From: Opitutales bacterium
GTDB lineage: Bacteria; Verrucomicrobiota; Verrucomicrobiia; Opitutales; JABSRG01
DNA: 30,402 nt
Reading direction: 5' to 3'
Assembly (NCBI GenBank): GCA_049599475.1
Contig: JBMYOQ010000055.1
Location: 1-30,402, forward strand
In this document: piece by piece, positions 7,784-17,969 of the stretch
How positions within the stretch are numbered: the stretch's first letter is position 1
Layout of the letters: every line of letters starts with the position of its first letter
Position numbers and translations under genes: made by a program
The notes under the pieces: model-generated
The model's database searches: none
What the model was told of the DNA's origin: nothing
The model's input: the letters and a program-made list of their open reading frames with translations, nothing else

Positions 7784-8212
7784 CTAAACGCCGCTGGCCT
7801 TGAAAGTCAGAATTTGGCGGTATACCGCGGGGCTGTAATAGTGCTCGCCCTTGTTGAGGGCCTTTACGGCATCGACCAATTGTTCTAGACCAGCAGCCTT
7901 CTCGATAAAACCGTCAGCTTTGCCTTCCACGGCGATGCGGACTGCGCTGGTATTGGTGGATCCGGTGAAAATGAGGACTTTGGTTTCGGGAACCCGCATT
8001 TTGAGAATGTGTAGGATTTCCAAACCGTTTACTTCGGGGAGCCGAATGTCGACGAGAGCAATGTCTGGTTTCAATTCGATGCAGTCGGAAAGTGCCTCCT
8101 GTCCATTTCCGCTTCTGCCGATGATATCGATATCCAAGTCCGAGGCAGTGAGATACTCCTCAAAGAGGTCTCGGAGGATGGGTTCGTCTTCGATGATGTA
8201 GATTCGAGTCAT
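7784..8212 (-). CDS. Response regulator, NarL-type receiver domain without an output HTH
   Basis: IIEDE, VDIRLPEVNG (phospho-Asp), IFTG, FIEK; ends shortly after the YYSPAV linker. Confidence 0.85.
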   Translation of the reverse strand: MTRIYIIEDEPILRDLFEEYLTASDLDIDIIGRSGNGQEALSDCIELKPDIALVDIRLPEVNGLEILHILKMRVPETKVLIFTGSTNTSAVRIAVEGKADGFIEKAAGLEQLVDAVKALNKGEHYYSPAVYRQILTFKASGV

Positions 8213-8447
8213 TTGGGGTAATCGCAGTTCGGTGCCTAATAAATCGGTTCACCTGAATGCTTCTGAAGAGATATTGTGAGGTAAGGGGTTTAATTATGGG
8301 CTTATAACCCCGAAATATTAGGGACTGTGACAGTTCTAGACGTTTACAGTATCAATTAATCAGTTTTTTACCGATCTTAAGAGAGTGGGAATTAATCTCG
8401 CCTCTGGTATTTGCGAAGCCACCAAACTTAGAATTTATTAGCCCCAT

Positions 8448-9422
8448 ATGTCTGCAGAAGCCCAACCTAAGCTGGCCGTCGAGCCCTTTGCCGAATCTCT
8501 GAATGAGCTCCGCAAACAGATAGGAGAGACCGTCCGCGGAAAGACGGACGTCATCGATCAAGTCCTCATTTGTATGTTGGCGGGTGGGCATGTGCTCATC
8601 GAAGACCTTCCAGGGGTGGGAAAGACGACCTTGGCCTATGCGCTTTCGCAGGCCCTCGCCGGTTCGTTTTCTCGGGTTCAGTTTACCAGTGATTTGCTGC
8701 CCTCAGATGTGATCGGGGTGTCTGTGCTGCGCGGGGCGGATCGGGATTTCGAGTTTCGGCCCGGTCCCATATTCGCCAATGTGATTCTGGCCGACGAGAT
8801 AAACCGCGCTACGCCCAAAACGCAGTCGGCGCTGCTCGAAGTGATGGATCGAGGCAAGGTCTCGGTGGACGGAAAAACTTACGATACGCCGAAACCCTTC
8901 ATGGTGTTTGCCACCCAGAACCCCGTTGATTACGAGGGTACATTCCCGCTCCCGCAGAGTCAGATGGACCGTTTTCTGATGCGTATCCATATGGGCTACC
9001 CCGAAGGTGATACCGAGCTTGAGGTCTTGCGTAATCCGCAGATGAGCTACGATTCGATCGAGTCCAAAGTCATTTTCTCACTAGAAGACATTGCCCAGAT
9101 GCAAGAGGCGGTGAATCAGATCTTTGTCGAAGAATCCGTCCTGCGCTATATGCTGGCGATCGTTCAAGCCACGCGGACTGAGAGTGAGTTTAAAAACGGC
9201 GTGTCGACGCGGGGAGCTATTGCTTTGAAGCGTGCCGTCCAAGCGCGTGCCATGCTGCAAGGGCGAAACTATGTGACGCCTGCCGATGTGCTCTCGGAAG
9301 TCCGGCAAGTCTTTGTCCACAGGCTCATGCCTTATCGGCAGACTGCGGATGCTCTCCAGGAGCGCCGCCATGTCGAGGAAGTGCTGGAGCGCATTCTGGA
9401 ATCCATCCCTGAGCCTCTTTAA
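8448..9422 (+). CDS. MoxR-family AAA+ ATPase
   Basis: HVLIEDLPGVGKT, RVQFTSDLLPSD, ILADEINRATPKTQSALLE, ATQNP, QMDRF. Confidence 0.95.
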   Translation: MSAEAQPKLAVEPFAESLNELRKQIGETVRGKTDVIDQVLICMLAGGHVLIEDLPGVGKTTLAYALSQALAGSFSRVQFTSDLLPSDVIGVSVLRGADRDFEFRPGPIFANVILADEINRATPKTQSALLEVMDRGKVSVDGKTYDTPKPFMVFATQNPVDYEGTFPLPQSQMDRFLMRIHMGYPEGDTELEVLRNPQMSYDSIESKVIFSLEDIAQMQEAVNQIFVEESVLRYMLAIVQATRTESEFKNGVSTRGAIALKRAVQARAMLQGRNYVTPADVLSEVRQVFVHRLMPYRQTADALQERRHVEEVLERILESIPEPL

Positions 9423-9449
9423 TTTTCCGATCCTCTCTAAACGAGCCGC

Positions 9450-10613
9450 ATGAAGAAACGCGAGGATCCCATCATAACGCCGCAGAGCCCTGGCTGGCGT
9501 GATCCCGCGTCGGCCTACCGATCTCGGAGGAACCAGAGGAGCGTTTGGCGGTTTATCCTGAGCTTCGTTATCCCGCCCAAATATTACCGACTGCGTCCGA
9601 CCATCTCTGGCTGGATGTTGATCTTGGTGTCGATGGCCCTTGGAGGGGCTGCGTATAACTCATCCAGCAACATTCTCTTCATGTGTCTATCGCTGATGAT
9701 GGGCTGTCTGGTTCTGAGCGGAATGCTGTCCTATCTCAATTTTACCAAGATGCGGTGGACTCTGGAGGTGCCGGAGCACCTGCGATCTGGAGAGACTGGA
9801 TTGGGCCGTATATGGGTTGAAAATGGAAAACGGCGAGTTCCCGTCTTCGTGCTTTGGTTTCACGTGCGGGCCGGGGCCAAGGGTAAGAAGACGCGGATCA
9901 TTATGAGTGAACGCCTCGACCCCAAGTCGCGCCTTTCGCTCAATTGGCATATACCGAGCCTGGAGCGTGGGTCGGCGACGTTGTGGGTGTCGGGCGTGGA
10001 GAGTCAGTACCCGTTTGGTTTTTTGAAGAAAAACATTGGGATTCCCATTGAGCGAGAGGTCATGGTCTGGCCTCGACGCCAGGAATACCGCTTGTCCTTT
10101 GGTCAAGGCAAGCGGGTCTTGGCCGGAGTCGGCAAGAGCCAGTTGATCGGCGAAGGCGTGGATCTCTCGGGATTGCGTGAATACCGTCTGGGCGATGATT
10201 TGCGCAAAGTACACTGGAAGGCCTCGGCGCGTTCCGAGGAGCTCATGCTCAAAGAGTTTTCAGAAGAGAATGCCACCGGATTCCGGGTATGGTTTCAGAC
10301 ATCGAAGACGCTTTGGCGGACGGATGAATCTTTCGAAGTGGCCTGTGCTTTGGTCGGATCGATTGTGGAAGATCTGTACCGTCGTGGTGAACTCCAGGCA
10401 TTCAAATTGGATGATGGGGAGTCGATGGATGGCCGTAGCTCTGCCGATTTTCATGCGATTATGGGCATGCTATCGGATGCACGGCGCGGCCAGGGGCATT
10501 TCGAGTTGGATCAAGAGCCCACGCACCATCAGGGCTTAACCTTTAAACCCGGAGAAGGGACGGCGGTAGAAGTCTACCTGGGCGTCGAGCATGTCGGCAC
10601 AACTATCCAGTAA
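9450..10613 (+). CDS. DUF58 domain protein
   Basis: N-terminal TMs, YPFGF, LREYRLGDDLRKVHWKASAR; follows moxR. Confidence 0.9.
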   Translation: MKKREDPIITPQSPGWRDPASAYRSRRNQRSVWRFILSFVIPPKYYRLRPTISGWMLILVSMALGGAAYNSSSNILFMCLSLMMGCLVLSGMLSYLNFTKMRWTLEVPEHLRSGETGLGRIWVENGKRRVPVFVLWFHVRAGAKGKKTRIIMSERLDPKSRLSLNWHIPSLERGSATLWVSGVESQYPFGFLKKNIGIPIEREVMVWPRRQEYRLSFGQGKRVLAGVGKSQLIGEGVDLSGLREYRLGDDLRKVHWKASARSEELMLKEFSEENATGFRVWFQTSKTLWRTDESFEVACALVGSIVEDLYRRGELQAFKLDDGESMDGRSSADFHAIMGMLSDARRGQGHFELDQEPTHHQGLTFKPGEGTAVEVYLGVEHVGTTIQ

Positions 10614-12816
10614 AGACATACAGCGTCTAAAATGGTTGCTTGGGAACGTCCTGGCAATTTTGGCATTGTGGTCGGCAATCGCTTTGTCGGGGTCGTCGTT
10701 TATTGTCATCGTACTGTCGATGATCTGTGTCTCGGTATGCGTGCTTAAGCCGGAGATCCCCGGTCGCTGGATTGTACCGAATCTTCAATACATCGTCTGG
10801 GGAGTGATATTCTTTGCACTCGTGGATTTCTTGTTCAATGGCGTGAGCTTTCTGAATCCCCTAATTCGGCTTGTTATATTCCTTTTACTGATTCGGGCCT
10901 GTACCTACCGAACGCGTCGAGAGGATATGCAAATACTCCTCCTCTCGCTGTTCCTTATGGTGCTGACAGGTGTGCTCACGGTCAGCTTATTGTTTGGCGC
11001 GCAGATGCTGACCTTTACGCCCATTGCGATGATCTTCCTGTTCTTCGTTAATTTGGCCGAAGCCTCGAAGGACGAAATGCTCACGGAAGAGGATTGGAAG
11101 AATTTCAGCCTCAAGCGTTTTATCGGGCGTGTCATCGACAGTATGGACCGGACGTTTATGGCTTTGGCCGGAGTTTTGTTCGTAGTCCTTGTAGCTATCT
11201 CGGGTATGATCTTCGTGCTCATCCCACGTTTTCAGATCGATCAGAACATACCGTTTTTGCAGGCCCAGTCGCAGCCGCGCTCAGGTTTCACTGAGAATAT
11301 TGAATTTGGCGAAGTGTCGGAGATTATTGAGGACAATTCTGTGGCCGTGCGTCTCGATGCTCCAAGCCGTGAGGTGATCCCAAACAATCCCTATTGGCGC
11401 ATGCTCGTCGCCGATGAATACAGCTCAGGCACGTTCAAAGTATCAAGCAGTGCTATGGAGGGGCGTTTTGTAGACCGCTCCACGGAGCCGAGATCGGAAT
11501 ATTGGTCCAATATGAAAGGCTTGAAGAATTTTGGTGAAATTCCTCTCCAACAGGGTGAGTGGACGTTTTATATGGAGGGAAATATTAGCCGCTACCTTCC
11601 GCATCTGGGTCCATTTCGGCGCCTGAGGTTTCCTAAAGAAGTCCGTATGTCGAGTAGTGATGCGACTTACACGCAGTGGACTGAACTCGTGAGTAGTAGT
11701 GTCTTTTCCTATCAAATGGATGCCATGAATGAGACACGGGAATGGCTGCCGCATCCGATTGAGGAGTCTGTGTTACCCGCCTCAAGCCCTATCATTGAAA
11801 GTCCGGATAGTGATGTCATGAAGGCGGTCGAATTCCCTATGACTCAGCTCGCGGTTTCTCTATTCCCAGTGGATGTCGAGATCCTCCAGCGTTTCATACA
11901 AGAGATACGTGCTGATCGTGATCTGACGGCGCGGGAGTTCGCTGCGGAGGTTGTCTTGTGGCTGGAAAAGCGGCATCGCTACAGCCTGAGCCCAAGTATT
12001 GATACATCTGTGGGCGATCCCGTGGTCCGCTGGATGGAGAGTCAAGGCGGCGGGCATTGTGAGCTATTTGCAGCGGGAATGACATTACTGTGTCGGGCAA
12101 ACGGTATACCCGCGCGTGTTGTGGTCGGCTTCAATGGAGGCTCCTGGAATCCAGTTGAAGAATATTTTATTATCCGTAATCGCAATGCCCACGCATGGGT
12201 CGAGATATTCGATGGTGAATACTGGGTACGCTACGACCCTACGCCGAGCTCTGAGCTGATCACGCGATTGGCCGAAAATGGTCAAGTATCAGTCATTCAA
12301 GAAGAGAAAGGCTGGACTGCTTGGGTGGATAGCCTACGTATTGTGTGGTATCGCCAGATCGTAAATTTCGACCAAGCCAGTCAAGAAGCTCTCGTCAAAG
12401 TGTTTGCTGAATCTTTGAGAGAGAATGTTACGGCCTTTGTCGATAATGTAAGAGGATTTTTGATATCGGTGCGCGACTATTGGCTGCGCGTCCTTGAAGA
12501 AAATACATGGTGGCGCCCTTTGATTGCCGTAATCGCCTTTATATTGATTGCCTTTATATTACTCCGCCGGCGCGCCCAATGGATTTGGCAAATGCAGAAG
12601 ATGCGTACTTGGATGCGAGGTGAAGGCGATGTGTATGAACCCCTGCGCCGACAGGCATCTAAGTGGATTGATCGTTTGCGCGGATTGGAGAATGCTGGTA
12701 GCGAAGCCGGTGATTTACAGCTTAGGCTTGAAGCTATTCGATACGGCCCGCGTCCTGATGAATTGGATCCATTCGGCGAATTTCAAAAAGCGAAAGCTCT
12801 GCTGAAGCGTCGTTAG
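10591..12816 (+). CDS. TgpA-like membrane transglutaminase-domain protein (DUF3488 plus transglutaminase core)
   Basis: Multi-TM N-terminus; triad motifs GHCELFA, NAHAWVE, YDPTP; GIPARVVVGF. Confidence 0.9.
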   Translation: MSAQLSSKDIQRLKWLLGNVLAILALWSAIALSGSSFIVIVLSMICVSVCVLKPEIPGRWIVPNLQYIVWGVIFFALVDFLFNGVSFLNPLIRLVIFLLLIRACTYRTRREDMQILLLSLFLMVLTGVLTVSLLFGAQMLTFTPIAMIFLFFVNLAEASKDEMLTEEDWKNFSLKRFIGRVIDSMDRTFMALAGVLFVVLVAISGMIFVLIPRFQIDQNIPFLQAQSQPRSGFTENIEFGEVSEIIEDNSVAVRLDAPSREVIPNNPYWRMLVADEYSSGTFKVSSSAMEGRFVDRSTEPRSEYWSNMKGLKNFGEIPLQQGEWTFYMEGNISRYLPHLGPFRRLRFPKEVRMSSSDATYTQWTELVSSSVFSYQMDAMNETREWLPHPIEESVLPASSPIIESPDSDVMKAVEFPMTQLAVSLFPVDVEILQRFIQEIRADRDLTAREFAAEVVLWLEKRHRYSLSPSIDTSVGDPVVRWMESQGGGHCELFAAGMTLLCRANGIPARVVVGFNGGSWNPVEEYFIIRNRNAHAWVEIFDGEYWVRYDPTPSSELITRLAENGQVSVIQEEKGWTAWVDSLRIVWYRQIVNFDQASQEALVKVFAESLRENVTAFVDNVRGFLISVRDYWLRVLEENTWWRPLIAVIAFILIAFILLRRRAQWIWQMQKMRTWMRGEGDVYEPLRRQASKWIDRLRGLENAGSEAGDLQLRLEAIRYGPRPDELDPFGEFQKAKALLKRR

Positions 12817-12853
12817 GCATGCATGACTGCGTTGTGCGTAAAGACTGAGAATA

Positions 12854-13870
12854 TCACTCGGAAGCCTGGGAAACCACTACCTGGAATCTAGAAAAGTTTA
12901 TTTGGTCTTTGAGGGTGTCGAAGTGGTCCTGCATCGTTTCAATATCTAGACGGATACGATCTAGCCTTTCGTGGATTGCCAGTGCTTGTCGTATGTTTGG
13001 GTCTTCGTTCAATCGTGCCAATTGCAACTTCTCATCGGCACGTTTCGCCCCGAGCATCTTTTGGATGGAGAGGAACTCCTCGGTTACATCATTCGTTTTG
13101 ATGAACAGTTCTGGGGTGTCATCCGTAATTTTTTGTAGAGAGGCGATGAATTCATCCATGGAATGCTCTGGGATCTTAAACACTAAGCTCAAGTCGAGTA
13201 ATTGGATTAGTTCTACGGAGTCTTCGGAAAGTATCACGGCTTCCACCTCCTTGAGCTTGTCGAGTATTTGTGCGAGAGTCTCTTTGGGGTTTAAAGCCTC
13301 AAGTTCGATGAAAGCGTTGGTCGCATGAAGCCTTTCCTGAGTTAGGGCTGTGCGTGAATTGTCAGCGTTGTTTTGCGAGAAATTCTGCTCCGTTGGAGAA
13401 GTGTCTGCATTGTCCTGATTATTTTGGTACGTTGGTGAACTGTCAGATGTGCTGATTGAACTATCTGTGGTCACGACCTCCGCGGAGGTCGCTGAGTGAA
13501 CGTTTCGAACATTGTGCAAATCGGATATAGGCTTCTTTTGAAATGTTTTGACCCCGACTATTCCGATTCCGACGAGCAGGGTGAAGGCGGCTAGGGCCGA
13601 AAAAACTCCGGAAAATGAACTCGACCAGGTTCCATGCTCAGGTCCGATATGGGGAGTAGGGCTCTCTGCGTTGTCGATCAGAGATGCCGTTGCGAGGCTT
13701 CCGCCCAAGACAGTGGCGGCATTGCGGATATTCTTTACCTCTTCCTGGAGCACTTTTGATTTATTGATCATGGCTTCTACGCGAGCACGCTCTTGCGAAT
13801 CCTCTAATTCTCCAAGCGCGTAGGCTGTGATCATCGGGTCATCGGGAGTCATTTGGGCATTATGTTTCAT
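12854..13870 (-). CDS. Anti-sigma-like N-terminus, TM helix and DUF4349-like domain
   Basis: DDPMITAYALGELE...ERARVEA anti-sigma-like start, one TM, and C-terminal KIP...DEFI..L...NDVTEEF...L.RIR.DIE...L.DQINFS typical of DUF4349; directly follows the ECF gene. Confidence 0.7.
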   Translation of the reverse strand: MKHNAQMTPDDPMITAYALGELEDSQERARVEAMINKSKVLQEEVKNIRNAATVLGGSLATASLIDNAESPTPHIGPEHGTWSSSFSGVFSALAAFTLLVGIGIVGVKTFQKKPISDLHNVRNVHSATSAEVVTTDSSISTSDSSPTYQNNQDNADTSPTEQNFSQNNADNSRTALTQERLHATNAFIELEALNPKETLAQILDKLKEVEAVILSEDSVELIQLLDLSLVFKIPEHSMDEFIASLQKITDDTPELFIKTNDVTEEFLSIQKMLGAKRADEKLQLARLNEDPNIRQALAIHERLDRIRLDIETMQDHFDTLKDQINFSRFQVVVSQASE

Positions 13871-13884
13871 CCGAGACTGCTAAC

Positions 13885-14415
13885 TTATTTTAAGTGATTT
13901 GATTGATTGCGGAGTGATTTGAGCGCCGAGTGTAGCAAGACCCCTACGTGGCTGACGCTTTGGTCGGTTATTTCAGCAATTTCGCGGTAGGAAAGTTCTT
14001 TTTGGAATTTTAGCCTCACGACTTCGCGTTGCGCTTTGGGCAATTGATCGACGAGTCGAAGGATGCTCTTATGCAGATCAGCATCCTCGGTGACTCTGCG
14101 AGGATTGTATCGAGTTTCAATTTCGGTTTGAGCGATTGTTTCCAGACTCTCTGCGCTTTGAAGGCGGGCATCGCGGCGATGTGAGTCGATAATACGCGTC
14201 CTGCAAACTCGAAATAGCCAGGCTTGGAGATGTCCAGAGACCTTCGTCTGTTTCTCCTTAGCCAGCCGTAAGAAGGTGTCTTGAACGGCATCCTTCGCCC
14301 GATGGGGGTCTCCACACAGCCTGGTTGCATAGCGCTGCAACGCAGGCCCATGAGATGCAATCACCTCCTTGAGCCAGAGTCTCGCTGTCGCATTTTGCGG
14401 ATCCGGATTCTTCAT
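13885..14415 (-). CDS. ECF (sigma-70 group 4) RNA polymerase sigma factor
   Basis: Region 2 AKDAVQDTFLRL...AWLFRVCR; region 4 LPKAQREVVRLKF..LSYREIAEIT. Confidence 0.93.
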   Translation of the reverse strand: MKNPDPQNATARLWLKEVIASHGPALQRYATRLCGDPHRAKDAVQDTFLRLAKEKQTKVSGHLQAWLFRVCRTRIIDSHRRDARLQSAESLETIAQTEIETRYNPRRVTEDADLHKSILRLVDQLPKAQREVVRLKFQKELSYREIAEITDQSVSHVGVLLHSALKSLRNQSNHLK

Positions 14416-14456
14416 AAAGCGCGCGCTTAAGAGTTATCTCTACTCGTTTATGAAGA

Positions 14457-14482
14457 TTACGCTGAGAGTGCTATTTTATTAG
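14457..14482 (-). promoter_or_regulatory. Putative ECF-type autoregulatory promoter CTAAT-N16-CGTAA
   Basis: A -10-like CGT core with a 16-nt spacer, about 40 nt upstream of the ECF start. ECF genes are often autoregulated. Confidence 0.3.
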
Positions 14483-14514
14483 TAAAATTTCGCAGTAATT
14501 ATGAAAAGAGCGGC

Positions 14515-15957
14515 CTACAGGCTATTGTGACGCTCTTTGTAACGTGCAATCTTCTTGATGAAGGCGTTCACTTCTTTTTCCGGAGTGTTGTCTATCTCTG
14601 GGAATGCGCTGGAGAGTTCTGCTTTTAGAGCTCCATATTCCTCGAGGTGGCTTAGATTAGTCCACTCATGAGGATCTGTAGAATGATCATATAATTCTTC
14701 GGACCCGTCATGGTAGCGGATATATCTATAGTGATCGCGTTGCGCTGCGAAATTGCTCCCGAGCCAACTCGTTATTGTGGGGGCGTTCCATTCGCGATCA
14801 GGATCTTCTAAAAGCGGCACGAGGCTGCGCCCTTCCCAGGTGTCTAGCGTTTCGAGGTCGCAGAGTTCTGCTAGGGTGGGGAATAGATCGATGAGGCCGA
14901 CAGCGCGTTTGGATACCGCTGTTTGGATACCGGGGCCCGCGATGATGAAAGGGACGTTTGATGAGCGCTCCCAAAGGCTGTGCTTCTGGGTAGTTCCCTT
15001 CTCTCCGAGGTGGTAGCCATGGTCTGACCACAAAACGATGATCGTATTATCCGCGTAATGGCTTTTCTCCAAGGTGTCGAGAACCCGCCCAATGTGGTAG
15101 TCGGTATAGCTCGTGGACGCCAGATACGCGTGCATCATCGGAGTCCAATTGTTTGTTTTTTGAAGCCAATCAGTCTTCGGCATCGCCGTGTTGATGTTGT
15201 ATTTTTGGCTCAGGTCGGGCACATCATCTAAATCGTCGGCCTTGTAGGGCATCAGTGGAATTAGGTCCGGATCTGGATATAAATCAAAGTAGGGTTGCGG
15301 GGCGAGCCAGGGCACATGCGGGCGTATGAATCCCAGCATCAACATAAACGGGCCTTCGTGGGATTCTTGGAGTTTTTGGATAGCCCACTCTGTTGCGCGG
15401 GTATCACTCATTTCCGATTCCTTTTGGTGAGTGACTCCCCAGTCTGTCCCTGTTCCAGGAAACGGGTAGCTTTTCTTGCCGTCGGGGTAACCTCCCCATC
15501 CTCCGCGACCATTGCTCTCGTGATAAGTACCTTTCGGCAGGTGACGGTGAAACAGCTTGCCGGCAGCCATGATTTTGTAGCCACTCTTCTTAAAGTGGCT
15601 GGGAATTGTATCGCCCCCTAGCTCGAGTGCCCGTTTCTGGACCCTGTCGTCCTTTGGGTGGGTTGCATAACCGAGGGTCGTGGGGAGCATTCCGGTCATG
15701 ACCGAAGCGCGCGATGGTCCGCATACTGGGTATTGCACATGTGCGTTCAAAAATGCGACTCCTTGGGAAGCCAGGCGGTCCATGTTCGGAGTGACCGCTC
15801 CATCATAGGTGCCCATAAATGAAGGCACATCATTCAGATCATCGATAGAGATGAAGAGCACGTTGGGACGCGATGGGGATTCTTCGCCCATGCCTGCGTT
15901 GCATAGACAAATCGTGCACGCGGCTAGGACAGCCATTTTCGTGGTAATTGGACTCAT
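14515..15957 (-). CDS. Formylglycine-dependent sulfatase (iduronate/choline-sulfatase-like), signal peptide
   Basis: PNVLFISIDDL, CGPSRAS (CxPxR), GKLFH, RPHVP, WSDHGYHLGEK, DPHEWTNL. Confidence 0.93.
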   Translation of the reverse strand: MSPITTKMAVLAACTICLCNAGMGEESPSRPNVLFISIDDLNDVPSFMGTYDGAVTPNMDRLASQGVAFLNAHVQYPVCGPSRASVMTGMLPTTLGYATHPKDDRVQKRALELGGDTIPSHFKKSGYKIMAAGKLFHRHLPKGTYHESNGRGGWGGYPDGKKSYPFPGTGTDWGVTHQKESEMSDTRATEWAIQKLQESHEGPFMLMLGFIRPHVPWLAPQPYFDLYPDPDLIPLMPYKADDLDDVPDLSQKYNINTAMPKTDWLQKTNNWTPMMHAYLASTSYTDYHIGRVLDTLEKSHYADNTIIVLWSDHGYHLGEKGTTQKHSLWERSSNVPFIIAGPGIQTAVSKRAVGLIDLFPTLAELCDLETLDTWEGRSLVPLLEDPDREWNAPTITSWLGSNFAAQRDHYRYIRYHDGSEELYDHSTDPHEWTNLSHLEEYGALKAELSSAFPEIDNTPEKEVNAFIKKIARYKERHNSL

Positions 15958-16011
15958 TCGGAGAGGGGATTCGATAGTGAAGGGGTGTGTGAGCTCGGCG
16001 AAAATTTGCGC

Positions 16012-17421
16012 TTATTTCATGCGAGCGGCGAGCTCACGCTTAAGTTGCGCAACGAGCTCGGGGTTCTGCGAAGCGATGTTTTTGGTTTCTTTCTCGGGAG
16101 ATTGGTGATCATACAATTCCGAATAATCTCCTTTTTTGTGATGAATCAGACGATACTGATCTGTTCGGATTGTCTTGGCACCTTTCCCATAGGAAATCGC
16201 ATGTCCTTCGACCGTTTGGTTCGTTTTAATGATCTGGACAAGCGACTCCCCGTTGAGCCCTTCGGGAATCTCGATACCCGCGAGTTCACAGAGTGACGGA
16301 TAAATATCGATGGTTTCGACTACTGATTCAGACATAGCTCCGGGGCTTTCAATATCGCCCGTGCGGACGATCAGTGGGGACCTTAGAGATTCTTCAAACA
16401 AAGCATGTTTCCCCCAGATGGCGTGTTCCCCCAGGTGCCAACCGTGATCTCCCCAGACGATTATGATGGTGTCCTCGTAGATGCCCTTCTCTTTCAGAGA
16501 CTCGACGAGCCTCCCTACTTGCGCGTCTGCGTAGCTCACGCAGGCCGCATAGTGCCGGCGTACTTCATCGGCGAATTCTGCATCCTGGTTCGGGTCGCGA
16601 TTCCAGCGTTTGTATTTCATGAACTCACCCGATCTGTGCCAGGTGGTTCTACCGCTGGGTTTTTGGTTGAAGGGGATCGGGGGGAGTTCAACTCCCTTAT
16701 AGAGATCTAAATATTTTTTAGGAGCGCCAAAGGGCAGGTGCGGGCGGATAATTCCCACAGCGAGGAAAAAGGGCTTATCTTGTTGGCTCAAACGGTCGAG
16801 CTGCTCGAGAGCACCGTCTGTGATTAGGCCGTCAGGATAGATGGAATCGTCTCCCTCGACTGCTTGGTAGACTGCCATATCCTTGGCGTTTACGCGGATT
16901 TCGCCATTTGCCAAGCCATGCATGACGCCTCGAGGATGTTGCCATGGGCCGGAAGGCATCAGCGAAAGGTCCCAGGAAAAGGGCATTTCTAGTCGGCTTT
17001 TATCGTCCCAATCCGGTCCGTCGAAACCTCCGGGATGGTGAGAAATTTTTCCGATAGATACAGTCTCGTAGCCATTATCCCTGAAGTGCGCAGGCAAACT
17101 CGGAAGGAATTTAGAGCGGTCCTTGAGGATTTGTTTTCCACGGCTCATGAGGGCTGAGTTGCCTCCGGGCCCGTATTGTCCGGTCAACAGCGTGTAGCGA
17201 GACGCTCCGCAGGTGGGAGCTTGGACGTAATGATTGGCAAAAGGACGCCCTTCTTCAGCGAGCTTATCCATGTGAGGCGAGTGGATGTAATCGGCTCCGA
17301 ATGCAGCGAGCTCCGGACGGAGATCATCGATACAGATGAGCAACACATTTTTCTGTGCTGCGCTAAGTGGAAGTGCGAGGGCTACGAGTGCCGAAAAGAG
17401 AGGGGACGCTTTAATTTTCAT
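16012..17421 (-). CDS. Formylglycine-dependent sulfatase (iduronate-2-sulfatase-like), signal peptide
   Basis: [23 protein letters not shown] (CxAxR), [22 protein letters not shown]. Confidence 0.92.
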   Translation of the reverse strand: MKIKASPLFSALVALALPLSAAQKNVLLICIDDLRPELAAFGADYIHSPHMDKLAEEGRPFANHYVQAPTCGASRYTLLTGQYGPGGNSALMSRGKQILKDRSKFLPSLPAHFRDNGYETVSIGKISHHPGGFDGPDWDDKSRLEMPFSWDLSLMPSGPWQHPRGVMHGLANGEIRVNAKDMAVYQAVEGDDSIYPDGLITDGALEQLDRLSQQDKPFFLAVGIIRPHLPFGAPKKYLDLYKGVELPPIPFNQKPSGRTTWHRSGEFMKYKRWNRDPNQDAEFADEVRRHYAACVSYADAQVGRLVESLKEKGIYEDTIIIVWGDHGWHLGEHAIWGKHALFEESLRSPLIVRTGDIESPGAMSESVVETIDIYPSLCELAGIEIPEGLNGESLVQIIKTNQTVEGHAISYGKGAKTIRTDQYRLIHHKKGDYSELYDHQSPEKETKNIASQNPELVAQLKRELAARMK

Positions 17422-17518
17422 TCGTGTGCTTTTGGTAAAAGTTTAAAGAATAAACAAATAAGAAAGTTGCACAATTCTTTGAGGAAGCGTGAGTTTATCC
17501 CTAGGTTTCAACGGTTTC

Positions 17519-17782
17519 TCAGCCCGCGTAGAAGCTCACTGCGTAGATAAGCTCGACGAAGAGCCAAATCGCGAGAGCCACGCCTGCGATTCCTAGAGCC
17601 CATTTGAGACGTTTCTTGCGCCGGTTGAGCAGGTCGTATGCGCCTAGGCTGCCAATGCGGCTTTGGCCGGAAAGATAGTCGCCAAATCCGAGTCCCATTT
17701 TGGCCGAATGGCCCTTGGGCAACTTGAAGGCCTCGCGCCTTTGAGAGCGCTCGTAGCGCCACTTATGGAAGAAATGAAACAC
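17519..17782 (-). CDS. Small basic hypothetical protein with C-terminal TM helix
   Basis: Part of ORF 17519..17872; GTG 17782 (VFHFFHKWRYERSQRR) is the likely start. RRKKR precedes a hydrophobic segment. Confidence 0.55.
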   Translation of the reverse strand: MFHFFHKWRYERSQRREAFKLPKGHSAKMGLGFGDYLSGQSRIGSLGAYDLLNRRKKRLKWALGIAGVALAIWLFVELIYAVSFYAG

Positions 17783-17969
17783 TGCAATGGAAGACGGGAA
17801 ATGAAATTTTCGATTCTGGATCCCGTCAGAAACCGCGAAACGTGAATGGCTGAGAAATTGGAGTGAGGACATGCCATAGCATCGGACAATGTGCTTCTCT
17901 CTAGAGCTCTATTTCGAAAGAATAGAAAGATTCTTTTTGAGAGACACTTCGCCGCGTACCAGGGCTGGC

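Noticed and set aside
8285..8311. GGGGTT...AACCCC inverted repeat in the regulator/moxR divergent region
   Set aside because: Only 6-bp arms; could be an operator but cannot be distinguished from chance.
8448..12816. MoxR-DUF58-transglutaminase as a novel system
   Set aside because: A known, widespread three-gene arrangement with intact canonical motifs.
14417..14428. Perfect palindrome AAGCGCGCGCTT just before the ECF start
   Set aside because: Low-complexity GC alternation; no supporting evidence of function.
17446..17470. GCAAC-N16-TCTT ECF-like promoter upstream of the sulfatases
   Set aside because: Short motif in AT-rich DNA that differs from the other candidate promoters; unsupported.
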